DNA of 64,000 bases. Origin: Eledone cirrhosa (lineage: Eukaryota). The notes beneath the pieces were generated by a model, which was not told where the DNA came from, did no database searches, and saw only the letters and a program-made list of their open reading frames with translations. Location: positions 496,001-560,000 of the forward strand of contig CAXHJY010000001.1 in the NCBI GenBank assembly GCA_964016885.1, in the 5' to 3' direction. Position numbers and translations under genes: made by a program. Of the stretch, positions 36,330 through 50,285 are shown piece after piece; position 1 is the stretch's first letter; every line of letters starts with the position of its first letter.

Positions 36330-39300
36330 ATGAATGTAGGTACCATGAATGTAGGGACCTTAAAAGGCCTCTCAAACGAGGTTGTAGAAATGCTTGAACG
36401 TAAGGAGGTTGATGTCTGCTGCATCCAAGAGACCAGGTGGAGGGGCAGGTCTGCTAGATTCATTGTGGGTAAAAAACGATGCTATAAGCTTTTCTGGGTG
36501 GGAAATGACAATGGGCTAGGTGGGGTAGGAATCATGTTAGCAGAAAAATGGGTGGATAAGATAATAGACGTAAATAGAGTGAATGACAGAATAATTAAAA
36601 TAAGACTTGTTCTAAATAGAACTACTGTGACGATAATATCTGCGTACGCGCCCCAATCCGGACTGCCTGGCGCTATAAAGGACACTTTCTATGAGACACT
36701 GATGCTCACTACCTCCCAAATAACCGACAGTGACTATATAATTATTGCTGGCGACCTAAATGGTCACGTTTGACAACATTGTGACGGCTATGATGAAATC
36801 CATGGAGGCTATGGGTTTGGTACTAGAAATGAGGAAGGTTCCAGAATCCTGGAATTCTGTGACGCAAATAACCTAACAATCTGTAACACTAACTTCAAAA
36901 AACGAGACAATCACCTGATCAGCTATAGATCCGGGGAACACACAAGCCAGGTAGATTATATCCTTACCAGAAGACGTGACAGAGTGACTGTTGTAAACAC
37001 TAAATCCCTCCCCCATGAAGAATGCACCTCCCAACGTAGACTGATAATTAGCGACCTCATAGTCAGGACGAGACGTACTCGACAGCAGAAGAGGACTATC
37101 CTCAAGAGAAAAATATGGAAGCTAAAGGACCCCACAGCCAGAAATAAATTTCAAAGCATATTACTTGATGCTTTCGACAGTAAGGAAGAACATTTAGAGT
37201 CGGACAATATAGAGGAACAGTGGGAATTCCTGAAAGCAAACCTGCTGCTGGCGGCAGATGAAGTCTGTGGCCGGAACAGGCCTATAGGCAGGAGGAGAGT
37301 AACATGGTGGTGGAACAGTAAGGTGGAGGAGTCAATTAAGGCCAAAAAGCAGGCTTGGAAAATATGGCGGGATGGGGGAAGTAGAGAAGACTATCAAGTG
37401 GCCAGGAGGGAAGCTAGGAGACAAGTGTACTTCGCAAGAAGGGAAGCAGAGGAAAGAAAGTTCAAGCATGTTCTACAACGCGAGGACCAAAAACGTGAGG
37501 TGTTCAGGATTGCTAGGCAATGTGTCAAGGAAAACCGTTTTATTGTTGGGGAGAAGTGTGTACTAAATGATGATGGCGTACTCGCCATCACTGACGCTGA
37601 TAAGAAGGTCGCTTGGAAGTGTCACTACGAGAGGCTACTAAATGAGGAGAATAAATGGGAGAAGGATAGTTTCCCCCAGACCGATCCAATAGAGGGACCA
37701 GCAGTGTTAGTTGAAGGTAGTATAATAAGTAAGGCAAGCAAAGATATGAAGACGGGTAAGGCGGCTGGGCCTTCGGAAATAGTTGCTGAGATGCTGAAGG
37801 CCTCTAGAACGGTGGGACACACCATGGTCACCCGGATAGTAAACCAAGTCATACAGAATGGGGTTGTTCCGAAGGACTGGCGTAGCAGCATCATCATTAA
37901 CTGTTACAAGGGTAAAGGAGACGCCCTAGATAGGGGTAATTATAGAGGCATTAAATTAATCGACCAGGTCATGAAGGTCACGGAAAAAGTAATAGCGCAA
38001 CTAATGAGAGAGAGAATCGATCTAGATGAAATGCAGTTCGGGTTTATGTCAGGCAAAAGTACCACAGACGCTCTTTTCATTGTACGACAACTACAGGAGA
38101 AGTACCTAGCTAAAAGTAAACCCCTATACTTAGCCTTTGTCGACTTGGAGAAAGCCTTCGACAGAGTCCCCCGTTCCATTATATGGTGGGCTCTTAGAAA
38201 ACTAGGTGTTGACGAATGGCTTGTGAGAGCTATACAAGCCATGTATAAAGAAACAGTGAGCAAGGTTAGAATTAACAACGAATATAGTGAAGAGTTTAGC
38301 GTAAAAGTTGGTGTCCATCAGGGCTCTGTTCTTAGCCCCCTACTATTCATTATTGCTCTTCAGGCTATAACAGAGGAGTTCAAGACCGGCTGCCCATGGG
38401 AACTCCTATACGCAGATGACCTAACGCTCATAGCTGAATCAATGGCCGAGCTAGAGAAGAAATTCCAAACATGGAAGCACGGCCTAGAATCAAAAGGCCT
38501 TAAAATTAACATGGCTAAGACTAAAGTTCTAGTTTGTAGGAAAGAAAATAAGGCGCCAGTCCCTTCCGGGAAATGGCCATGCTCAGTGTGTAGAAAAGGC
38601 GTAGGTAGAAACTCCATTTTATGTCCCAAATGCAAAGTATGGGTGCATAAAAGATGTAGTGGGATCACAGGTAAGCTAACGAAGAACACAGATTTTACAT
38701 GTGGCCGGTGCTCTGGTGCAATAAGTAGCAGCAAGTGCCCACAAAATACTAGCTCTTTCAACTGCGCAGAAGGTTCTATAGAAATAGTGGACAGCTTCCG
38801 TTACCTGGGTGACAAAATCAGCAGTGGGGGAGGGTGCTCTGAAAGTACAGTAGCTAGAGTCCGAACTGGATGGAAAAAGTTCAGAGAGCTTATACCACTA
38901 TTAGCCGCTAAAGGGTTCTCCCAAAAAATGAAAGGCAGGTTGTATGATGCCTGCATACGAACAGCAATGTTGCATGGCAGTGAGACCTGGGCATTGTGTG
39001 CAGAGGATATACGCAGACTAGAGAGGAACGAAGCTTGCATGCTCCGCTGGATGTGTAATAGTAATATACGCGAACGGCAAAGCATAAACCAACTAAGGAA
39101 AAAATTAGAAATAAGAGGGATCAGATGTTGTTTACTCGAGAGAAGGCTACATTGGTATGGTCGCGTGATGCGCATGAAAGACGACAGCTGTATAGCAAAG
39201 TGCAGGGCAATAAAAATAGACGGTAGCCACGGAGTAGGCAGACCCAGAAAAACCTGGGACGAGCTGATAAATTCCGACCTCACACACTTACACCTCTCCA

Positions 39301-39719
39301 AGACAATGTCACTGGACCGAGAGCTTTGGCGGTACTCAGTAATAGAGAAGACCCGCGTTACCTAAATACAAAGTAAAACCTACTACAGTCAGTAGGCATC
39401 TCTAACAAAATACACCCCCGTCCCACCACCACCACCCCATCCACACCGCCCCTTTCAATGTAAAGTTATGTTGGTGCCACAAAATCCAGGCCGAAACAAA
39501 TGAGGTCGTGTAGGTGTCACGACAAAAAAAACACACAGTCCACGCTGTAATGTGACCGTGTAGGCAACACGGTAAAAACCTCCCAGTCCACACTGTAAAT
39601 GTGGTTGGTGTTAGGAAGGGCATCCAGCTGTAGAAAACCCGCCAGACAGTCCTATGCGAGCAAGACAACCACTCTTGCCTCAAGTGGGAAAACTCCTGTC
39701 CAAACCCATGCAAGCATGA
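36330..39719 (+). mobile_element. Near full-length RTE-type LINE (APE endonuclease + RT) with one in-frame TGA at 36771-36773
   Basis: MNVGTL, CIQETRW, SAYAPQ, GDLNGHV*, DYIL, LLYADDL; the 36285 and 36984 ORFs share a frame and I found no other stop between them. Confidence 0.93.
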
Positions 39720-42037
39720 ACCACAAGGACTGAACCACCTAATGGAGGAGAAGAAGAAGATCAGGTGGGACGTGTTAGGGCTGTGCGAGACCCGCCAGAA
39801 GAAGGAGGAGAATTCCCGATGGCAACATGGATGCGCCGTGAGACTCGGGAAAGCAGAGGATGCCAGATTGGTATAGGGTTTATCGTAAGCAAGGAATGGG
39901 CTTCGAAGGTCGCTTCTTGCCAGTTCATATCGTCACGGATTGGTGTACTGAACGTAAACCTCTCAGGGAAGGCCACCCTCAAGATCATCCAGACCTACGC
40001 TCCCACAAATGCCAGCGACGACGAGGAAGTGGAAGAATTCTATCGCCAGCTAGACAAAGTGCTAACTGTGAAGTCCACTTACACCGTCGTGATGTGAGAC
40101 TTCAACGCAAAGGTCGGACAGGGACGGCAAGGGGAAGAGTATGTAGGAAAATTCGGCCTGGGATATCGAAATGAAAGAGGAGAGTGTCTGGTCACCATGG
40201 CGGAGATGAGACGGCTCTACATCGGAAACAGCCTATTCAGGAAGAATGAGGAGAAAAGATGGACCTGGGTATCGCTAAATTCTGAGCACGGAAACGAGAT
40301 CGACTACATCCTGGTCGACAAGCCACGTATACTGCAGGACGTCTCCGTCATAACGCCATTTAACACTGGCAGTGATCATCGTCTGGTGAGGGCGAAGGTC
40401 GTCATCGATCGGACGAGGGAGAAGAAGGCGCTGCATTTGGCGGCAAAGGGAGAATGCGTCTGGGTCTTCAACGAGGCGCAGCAGCAGGAAGCCATCATGC
40501 AGGAAAAGTGGTGTAAAGGAGACGGCATAGACGCTGACTACGACTCACTGGTAAGGAAACTGAAGGAGTGCTTGAGGAAGGCTAAGGGTGTGTTCCCGAA
40601 GGAGCGGAAGGGAAGAGTCTGGGAGGAAACTATGAAGTTGCTTGAGAAGAGGAAGATTATGAAGAGGACACCTGAAAATCACCTCGAATATTCCCTTCTC
40701 AGCAGAGTGATACGTCAACTGAAGAGAGACTTCGAGGCATACCGGATGGGGAAGCTCCTGAAGGCCGCAGAGGAAAAGAAGAGCCTCAAGAAATGCGAGA
40801 CGGACATGGCAATGTACAGATCGAAGGTGACGACCCTGAAGAACACAGCTGGAGTACCGGTCAGCGACAAGAATGAGATGGAAAAGATTTACGAAGACTT
40901 CTACACCAAGCTCTTCAAGTCTGCCGGGAATGTGCAGCCGTTGCCGTCACTCCAACAGGAAGAAAATGTGCCACCCATCCTTGTCGGTGAGGTCGAAAGA
41001 GCCGTCGGTGTAATGAAAAGCGGAAAGGCGCCAGGGAAAGACGGAATAACATCGGAGGTGTTGAAGTCAGGCGGAGAGCAGCTCTGGAAATCCTCGCCGA
41101 GCGATTCACACACGATCTGGACGAGGGAAGAATACCCTCGCAGTGGAAAGAGTCGAATACCATCCTGCTATAAAAGAAGGGCGATAGAGAAGATCTGAAG
41201 AACTACTGACCCATATTCCTGCTGTCTCACGTGTACAAGCTGTTCACGAAGATAATCCTGAACAGGTTATCACATCATCTGGACGAACCGCAACCGAAAG
41301 AGCAAGCCGGCTTCCAGAAGAACTACAGCACGATGGACCACATATTTACTCTGACACAACTGCTTGAGCAAGCAAAAGAGTACAAGATGCCTCTTTGCGT
41401 CGCGTTCGTAGACTACAAGAAGGCCTTCGAAATAGAGGAGGTGGAGGAATACGTCTACCTAGGACAAGAAGTGAACATGCGCTGAGACATTGAGAGGCTG
41501 ATCTCGCAGAGAGTAAAGGCCGGATGGAAGGCGTTCAGCGGCATAAGGGATGTGCTCAAGGGGAGGTTAGACAAGATCGCCCAAGCCAACTTCTTCAATA
41601 GCACAGTTTTACCTACAAAGTTATATGGCAGTGAAACTTGGGCTACAACGAAGAGAGAAGAGTAGAGGCTGGTAACGGCTCAAAGAGCCATGGAGAGATC
41701 AATGCCAGGAATCTCGTTGAGAGAGCACATCAGGAGCGAAATTCATCAGACAGAAGTCCGGTGTGAGGGACGTCATCGCGCAATATATACGCAGCAAGTT
41801 CAGATGGGCTGGACACGTCGCCCGGTTCACCGATAATCGCTGGACCTGCGCAGTTGCGGAGTGGTACCTGTGCGAGTGGAAGCGACCACTCGGAAGGCCT
41901 CCATGAAGGTGGCAGATCATTTTAGGAATATGATTGGGACTACATGGATGAGGAAAGCACAATCCAGAGAGGAATGGACGGCGTGCTGTGACCAGCGGCG
42001 TCGAATGGACGCCCGACAGACTGGTCGGTCAAGGTGA
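39720..42037 (+). mobile_element. Degenerate RTE-1-like LINE of a second, GC-richer family; RT core deleted near 41430
   Basis: WDVLGLCETR, YAPT, EIDYIL, GSDHRLVR, KAPGKDGI; FVDYKKAF is joined directly to EEVEEYVYLGQ. Confidence 0.88.
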
Positions 42038-42836
42038 TATATATATATAGATACATATATATATATATATATATACATATATTTAATACAATAACAGAGA
42101 AAGCTTTAAGCTAAACTCTGACTGGCTACCATCTCACTCAACAAACATTAGGATATACCTTAGTATAATCCCAATTTTGTGTTTGGGGTGCTAACTATAT
42201 GTATTTTGTGGAAAGCCAGTTGTATTATTTTATATGAGATATAATTAAAATTAAAATATATCTCTCTTTCCAAACAATTGTTTCATTATAAGTTTTCTAC
42301 AAGTTGGGAGAATGTTTCCGGTTTATGTAGAAGCCTACATATTTTTCTGTAAGAACATATGCAGGTGGGCACTTATAAATCATCAGTGGATGCCCTTCAA
42401 ACATTGATATAAGAAAAAATTTCTTACCGCAGTTATTTTTGTGTCAGCTAAGTCGTCCCTTCACGCATCATAATGACCGCCAAATTTGAAATTCCAGCAG
42501 TCCTAGACTGAGGAATTTCACAGCGTCACGAAGCGGAAAAGGGAGGCAATCGCGAAACACAAGAAAGTAAAATAATATACACGTGGGTTAATTAGTTTTT
42601 TTAAAAACAATTTTAATCCTGCGTGTTAAGAACTCAATTAATTTTAAAAAAATAAATGTATGCATGTATTAAGTACGTATATATATATACATATATATAT
42701 ATACATACATATATATATGTATATGTGTGTATATGTATATAGTATATATGTATATATAGGAAGAGGCACATGGCTTGCAAGCAGAGAAAAGCGGACGTAA
42801 AATGATGATGATGATGATGATGATGATATATATATA

Positions 42837-45800
42837 TCTATATATTAATTTGAAGAACGTCAGTATTCCGTGTGTCACAATTCTCGATTATCATTGGTTC
42901 ATAGGTTTCAAACGACTCCGCCCACCCCAACGACGCCAAACTGAAATTAATATGCATAATGCCAATGAGGGAGTGAGAGGGGAGAGTGTGAACGCTGTGT
43001 TCAATAACTATTAACATGTATGCGTGTGTATGTATGTGCGCATATGTTTATGTGTGTGTGCGTGCGTGCAGTGTTCCACAGAAAGTAAAAACTATCAACA
43101 TGTGTGAGTGTGTGCGTGTGTAAGTTTGCGTGCGTGTGCGCGTTTCCATGCGTGTATTTGTGTGACGTTCCACAATCGCCGCGCAGTTTATCTGTCTGTG
43201 TGCCTGTCTGTCATACACAGAGTTGTGAAGGGAGTAAATAGGGACCTTTCTTTACATTGACGGACATCTTTTATATTTATTATTGTGTCATTTTTTTTAC
43301 AATTGCTCCAAATGAATACTGATAAGAAAAGCAATTCGACTTTATCAAACAGTGAACTACAGCGGCGACGGAGTGATGTGATGGTTGAAAAACGAACTGG
43401 CTGAGCATCATCAGCAGGTGGCCAGAATTCAGCAGCAATGGCGTGCTCCGATGGATGAAGAGGAGCTGGCTGAACAGCGCCAGCGCAATACAGAAGTTCA
43501 GGGAATGTGTCGCAAAGTGCTCCTCATTCCAGTAAAGAGGCGAACGAATGATATTAAAAATGGATCATGGCAACCGTGTCACTGTCAGATTGGTGGACGA
43601 GCAGGGTCTCCACATTGTGGAGCATTGCTTTGGTGGCACGAAAAGACGTGGACCACAATGTGCTGTCACAAAGGAGCAGTTCAACTAGAACCTTTGCGAA
43701 TGCCGGATGATGGGGAGTCACCGGAGTTTAAAATACTAAGTATGTGGGGTGATCAATGAGACCGAGGTAGATTACTGCGCAAATATTCGCGGCAAATTAA
43801 CAATTTATTAGCTTTAGCATCGCAGAGAGTTAGTGAGATGTTTGAGAGTGGAGCATGGCAACCGAATGTTGTCATTCAATGCCGTTTGTATCATTGTATC
43901 GGTAATTTAGAAGTTACCCCAGGAGAGAGGCCTTGATTCGCTCAAATTTACATTAACGATCCAAATTATAGTGAATCGGAGGAGGATATCAGGATCGGTT
44001 GGATGAAGTTGCCGGGAAATATAACTGAACTTGAACGGCAAAGGTTAAGTGATTTGATCCGTGATTTGCAATCATGGCTTAGACAGTGTAATCCTTATGT
44101 TATGGATTTCATGTTGGTGGCTGAACTGCAAAATGTTCAGCAACAAACATTGGTGATTAAGGCTGACGCAGTGCCAAGGAATCAACACGAACGGCGATAT
44201 AATGCCCCTGAAGGATTTCGTGAAGTTGCTGTGTTGATGGACGATAAGCCTGGATCGAGAGATATCGCCCTCAATCGCAGAGATGGTGGTCTCAAAACTA
44301 TCAATGAGTCAAATAGGACATACCATCCATTGCATTATGTTCTTTTATTCCCAAAAGGTGAAAATGGATGGAACATGTCTGTTCATTTAGATGATCATGA
44401 GAATCAGCATCAACAGGGAGGTGGCAATAGACACAATAATTCGATTCGCGACTTTTACGCGTTCCATTTGAACGAGAGGAATCAACAGAGAAATGCGCTA
44501 TTTCAAGCCAGCAGATTGTTCCAGGAATACTGTTGTATGGCATACGCAAAGATCGAAAATCAAAGGCTAAATTATATAGCTACACATCAGCAACATATCA
44601 GAGCTGAATTGTATAATAATATACAGGATGCGATAACAGCCGATGATGCCAATTATAAGCAAATTGGTCGACGCATCATTTTGCCATCGTCGTTCATCGG
44701 CGGCCCGAGATATATGAACATTCGCTATCAGGATGCAATGGCTATTGTCAGAAAGTTTGGAAAGCCAGATTTGTTTATAACGGTTACATGCAATCCTGAA
44801 TGGACTGATATTAAGGATGCACTTTTGCCAGGACAACAGCCAAAGGACCGTCCTGATATTGTGGCAAGAGTATTCAAAGGATATCTGAAAAAGATAATGG
44901 ATGATGTGGAAAAAGAGGGAATCTTTGGAGGTATAGTTGCTTTTACATACGTAATTGAATTCCAAAAAAGAGGATTGCCACATGCACATTTGATGATCAT
45001 TTTACATAGACATTGCAAATTGAGATGTGCTGAGGATGTCGACAGCATTGTGTGTGCTGAACTGCCGGAGAATGAGGCACTATGCAACTTGGTGGCAAAG
45101 TCAATGGTGCACAACCAATGCGGAGTGGCAAATTGGAAAGCGCCTTGCATGAAAAATGGCCAATGCAGTAAGCACTTTCCGAAATCTTTTGTCACGAACA
45201 CTTCCTGGAATGATGGGGATGCTCATCCCTCATACAGAAGACGGTCGCCTGCCGATGGCGGTTTGGTCGAAAATGTAAACGGTCGACAGGTTACAAATCA
45301 ATGGGTTGTGCCATACAATCCATATTTGATTATGAAATATCGTTGTCATATTAATGTGGAAATTTGTAGCTCAGTGAAAGCTTGCAAATATCTATTCAAA
45401 TATGTTTACAAAGGTCATGATGGGGCAATGATGAATGTCAGGAATGAGGAAGTGAACCAAGGAGATGAAGTTGGCAGGTTCCAGGATGTTCGCTCGATTG
45501 GATCTAGCGAAGCTTGCTGGAGATTGTTCGATTTTGATCTCAATGAACGCAAACCCAGCGTTCAGAAACTGACGGTTCACTTAGAGAATAGGCAAATGGT
45601 CTGTTTTAAGGACACTAGAAGAGGTGTCGAAAGAATTGCTAACGCACCACCTCCTGAGACGGAATTGACTGAGTGGTTCAAGCATAATAGGGAACATGCT
45701 TTGAACCCGGATCAAAAGCAACTCTACTGCGATTTCCCTTCGCACTATACGTGGGATAAGAAGGGAAAGAAATGGAATGATAGAAAACAAAAGTTGAGAT

Positions 45801-48656
45801 TCATGACTATTGGACGGGTTTGTAATGTCCATCCAGCATCTGGTGATGTGTTTTATCTCCGAATTCTGTTGCATAGTGATTTTTCGAGAGGTAAACAGAG
45901 CTTCGCTGATTTGAAAACAATCAATGGCGTGGAATATAAAAGATACCAGGCTGTGTGTCAGCATCTGGGACTCCTTCAGGATGACGCTGAATGGAACAAC
46001 GCCATGGAAGCTGCAGGAACAACACAGATGCCAGCTCGAATAAGGCAGTTGTTTGTCACTATTCTAGGATTCTGCAATCCTGCCGATCCAAGAGAGTTAT
46101 TTGAACGCCATTGGGGAATTATGGCTGATGATTTTAGGCACCATCTTCAGGTCTATGATGAAAATTTGCTGAAAGCTATTGTTTTGCTCAATATTGAGCA
46201 ACTGCTCGAAGTTCATTTGAAATGTTTAACAGATTTCAATTTACCAATTCCTGATGAAGAAATGCAGCAACGTGTCTTAGCATTGAACATGAGATTGCAG
46301 CTTAGACGGTTGCCACTCGATCGGAGGGAACTATTCCAGTTTGATCCACTGGAACAGCAACGTATTGTGGATGAACGTATGCCAATGTTGACCCAATCTC
46401 ACGGAGAATTGGTCGATGGCACTCTCCACTCGATTTCCACTAATGAGCAACTTTGTGCTTTCATAGATGTTACAGGAGGCACCGGAAAGACATTCTGTTT
46501 CAACACTATGTTATCGGCAGTCAGAGCTCAGAGGAAGATTGCTCTCCCTGTGCCCACCAGGGGCATCGCTGCCACTTTGCTGAGTGGTGGAAGGACCTTC
46601 CACTCATGCTTCAAGGCTCCATTGGCTCCAGATGAGTTGAGTTTCTGTAATATTACAGGACAAAGTGAACTCGCGGGCCTTATACGCAATACGTCTCTGA
46701 TTATTTGGGACAAGGCTCCAATGGCACACAGATATTTGCTGGAGGCATTGGACAGAACTTTGAGAGATATCTGCGGTAGTGACCTGCCATTCAGTGGTAA
46801 GACTATCGTTGTTGGTGGCGATTTCAGACAGGTGCTACCAATTGTTAGGAATGCTCAAAGAGCACAAATTGTCAATGCATGTCTGAAAAAGTCCCCGTTG
46901 TGGCGCCATTTCAGAGTTTTGCGATTACACGATAATATGCGACTTCCTATGTTCGGGCAAAACGAAGAGGCTGAGACATACGGCCGATGGTTGATGCAGT
47001 TGGGAAACGATGAATTGCCACACGCTGGTGATAATCAGACTGTATAAATCCCAGACCATTTGGTCATGCCACTGGACCGCCAAGGCTTGATTGACTGGGT
47101 GTTCCCTAATTTGAATGCTTTTTGGCAGAATATCTCCTGAATATCGGAACGTGTTATTCTAACTCATACGAATGCAACGGTCGCTGAAATAAATTCACAA
47201 GTAGCCGGAATGTTTCCTGGAGAGGAATGGTTGACCGTCAGTGCGGATGCAATGGAGCCTAATCAGCAGAACAGTATGGATGTTCCGACTGAGTATCTGA
47301 ATTCACTTCAAATACCCGGATTTCCCCCATATATTTTGAGGTTGAAAAAGGGTTTGCCGATTATATTGCTTAGAAATATCAATCATAAAATGGGTCTTTG
47401 CAATGGTACCAGATTGATTGTTGAGAGATTGATTAACGGAAGAGTTTTAGAAGCTAAACTCCCAGGCAGAGAGGAATCGGTTCTCATTCCGAGGATCATG
47501 CTGAGACCAAGTGAAGATCTGCTGCCATTTATGTGGCAAAGGAGACAGTTTCCCGTCAATTTGGCCTTCTCCATGACTGTCAACAAGGCACAGGGACAGA
47601 CTTTCAAGCGAGTCGGTGTCTGCTTGAATGATCCAGCCATGGGCAACTGTATGTTGCTGCATCTCGAGTGTGCGATCCTGATGGTATAAAATTTGCAATT
47701 GATACCACTAACAGAGGAACAAACCTAAATATTGTCTATAATGAAGCTTTGAGCTGATGTATGCATATCTTTAATGCTATCAATAAGCGACGTATATGAT
47801 TCGGACATTGGTTTCCTTTCATCTGTATTGTGAGCTTTGGCAGAGTTATCATTTATGTTCAATGTCATTTATTGTCGATAATGAGCAATAAAAACCAACA
47901 AGTATTGGTAGAAATTGCCTTCAAATTTATCGCTTCTGATTGCAGTGGTAATAAAACCTCATCATATGCTGAGTCTGGCAAAAAGTTTGGTGCCTATGGC
48001 CGGCCAGGGCTAGAGTAATATTGAAAAACCATTCTATTTTCGAAGTAGAAGGATCCGCCATTTTGAGTTCAAACCAGGCCACCTCCCCGAGTTGAACTCT
48101 GGGTAATATTGACTGTCTATTACTCAGTGGCTAAGAGCCTGGAAATTACTGAATAAATGTTTGTTGGTTTATTATTATAGCTGACCACTTATAGATAAGC
48201 AGGTTATCCATATCCATATTAATTTGGCATTTGTATAAACCATTTCAAGTAAATAGGGACCTTCTTTACATTGACGGACATCTTTTTTATTAATTATCTA
48301 TATCTATATCTACATATAATATAACAGATTGGAACTTCCATCATCCTTTTGAGAAACGTGGAACAACCACGTCTATGCAATGATACACGTTTTCCAGTCA
48401 GGCCGAAGAGGAACCATCTCCTAGAGGTCACTATTCTAGGTGGGAGCACCTAGAATTGTTCATATACTATGCACAAACCGGACAACGAAGAATCTGGTAT
48501 ATCTGGAAGATTTCTTTTACAGTTTTTTTGTATCACACAGACACCACGGACTCGCCTCACACTGTAACCAGACAAACATCCAATACAGACATTTTCTCTT
48601 TTACCTGTCTTCTCTTATCATCTGTTTACCCGGGCGAAGCTGGGTACGTCAGCTAG
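42837..48656 (+). mobile_element. Helitron with autonomous architecture, inactivated
   Basis: 5' a|TCTATATATTAA; 3' hairpin acccgggcgaagctgggt then CTAG|t; RepHel gene inside. Confidence 0.9.
44003..47756 (+). pseudogene. Helitron RepHel (HUH Rep + Pif1 helicase); long ORF 44003-47047, then stops and a frameshift; disrupted upstream part from ~43310
   Basis: PDLFITVTCNP, VIEFQKRGLPHAH, KYLFKYVYKG, GGTGKT, IIWDKAPM (Walker B E>K), GGDFRQVLP, RRQFPVNLAFSMTVNKAQGQT. Confidence 0.93.
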
Positions 48657-49195
48657 TCTATATATTAATTTCAACAATGTCAATATTCCGTGTGTCATAA
48701 TTCTCGATTATCATTGGTTCATAGGTTTCTAACGACTCCGCCCACCTCAACGACGCCAAACTTAAATTAATATGTATAATGCCAATGAGAGAGTGAGAGG
48801 CGAGAGAGAGGCAAAGTGAACGCTGTGTTGGATACACTATGTATATGTGTCAGTGTAGAGACGTGTGTGTGTGTGATGTGTGTGGAAATAAGAGGGGGAG
48901 TAAAGCAATAACTATTAACATGTGTGCGTGTGTATGTACGTGCGCGTATGTTTATGTATGTGTGCGTGCGTGCAGCGTTCCACAGAAAGTAAAAACTATC
49001 AACATGTGTGAGTGTGTGCGTGTGTAAGTTTGTGTGCGTGTATGTGTGTATACGTGCGGCGTTCCACAATCGCCACGCAGTTTATCTGTCTGTGTGCCTG
49101 TCTGTCAGTCTAACATACAGAGTTGTGAAGGGAGTAAATAGGGACCTTTTCTTTTATCATCTGTTTACCCGGGCGAAGCTGGGTACGTCAGCTCG
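48657..49195 (+). mobile_element. Non-autonomous Helitron derivative, head-to-tail with the large element
   Basis: Starts TCTATATATTAA directly after CTAG; homologous to 42837-43250 plus the 3' hairpin; ends CTCG. Confidence 0.88.
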
Positions 49196-50092
49196 GGAAA
49201 ATAATTTATGCTTTGATTCGTGAAGACGTTCCCTGGCAATGAACGGGAAAAAGAAGATAATACGTCGTTATGTGGAGCGGTGACAACAATTACACGTAAA
49301 GACAAAACCACGTTTATGGTGTAAATGGAGTCGTAGACTAATATTCTATTAAGGAAACTGAATGATGCTCGGCTTCGGAGTCCAGAATAATGTAAATAAA
49401 TTAGTTGAACGAAAATGACAGATGTCATTAAAATCATAAAAGTAATAATAATTAAATATATACATACACACATTTATACACGAGCATATGCGAAAACTCA
49501 CGGCATGCATGCATATACATATACGTACACATAAACAGGCGCACACGGACGTAAACCGGCGCAACACATATACCCGCACACATACGATTATATGCACCAA
49601 ATACACATATAAATATATGTTTGTGTGTGTATATATACATATAATTATAAATACATATATAAATATACACGCATAAATGCGTATAGAACGCACACTCACA
49701 CATACCTACAGGTAAATACACATATGTTCACCAAACGTACATATACCAAAACCCTATGTACACATATACACACATACACACTCATTGATACACATATATA
49801 CACATATACATACATACGTACATATATGTGTGTATATATATATATATATAGAGAGAGAGAGCAGTTGTAATGGGTAATATCGCTGCTATTTCTAGCAGTC
49901 AGTGAGACTACCTAGAGGTTTTCTTATTGATATATAATTGATATTTTATTGAGTGATACTTTCTGATTTACAATGAACTGAAAACGATTGTAACTGTGTC
50001 TGAAGGTATTAAATTATATCAGGGACTTTTAACGTATGACACCGGGAAGAGAGTTGAAACATGCGCAACGATACCGAGTACCTGCTGCCTTC

Positions 50093-50285
50093 ATTGCGGT
50101 GAATTGGCAGTATCGGTAGAGGGTCGGACGCCATGCTTTCCGGCATAGTTACGTCCCTTTACGATCTGAGTTCAAATCCCGCCAAGGTTGACTTTGCCTT
50201 TCATCCTTACGGGGTCGATAAAATAAAGTACCAGTAATGCACTGGGTCTTTGCTGGCCTTGTGCCTAAAGTAGAAACAATTATAA
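50093..50285 (+). mobile_element. tRNA-derived SINE
   Basis: tggcagtatcgg A-box-like and gagttcaaatcc B box. Confidence 0.8.
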
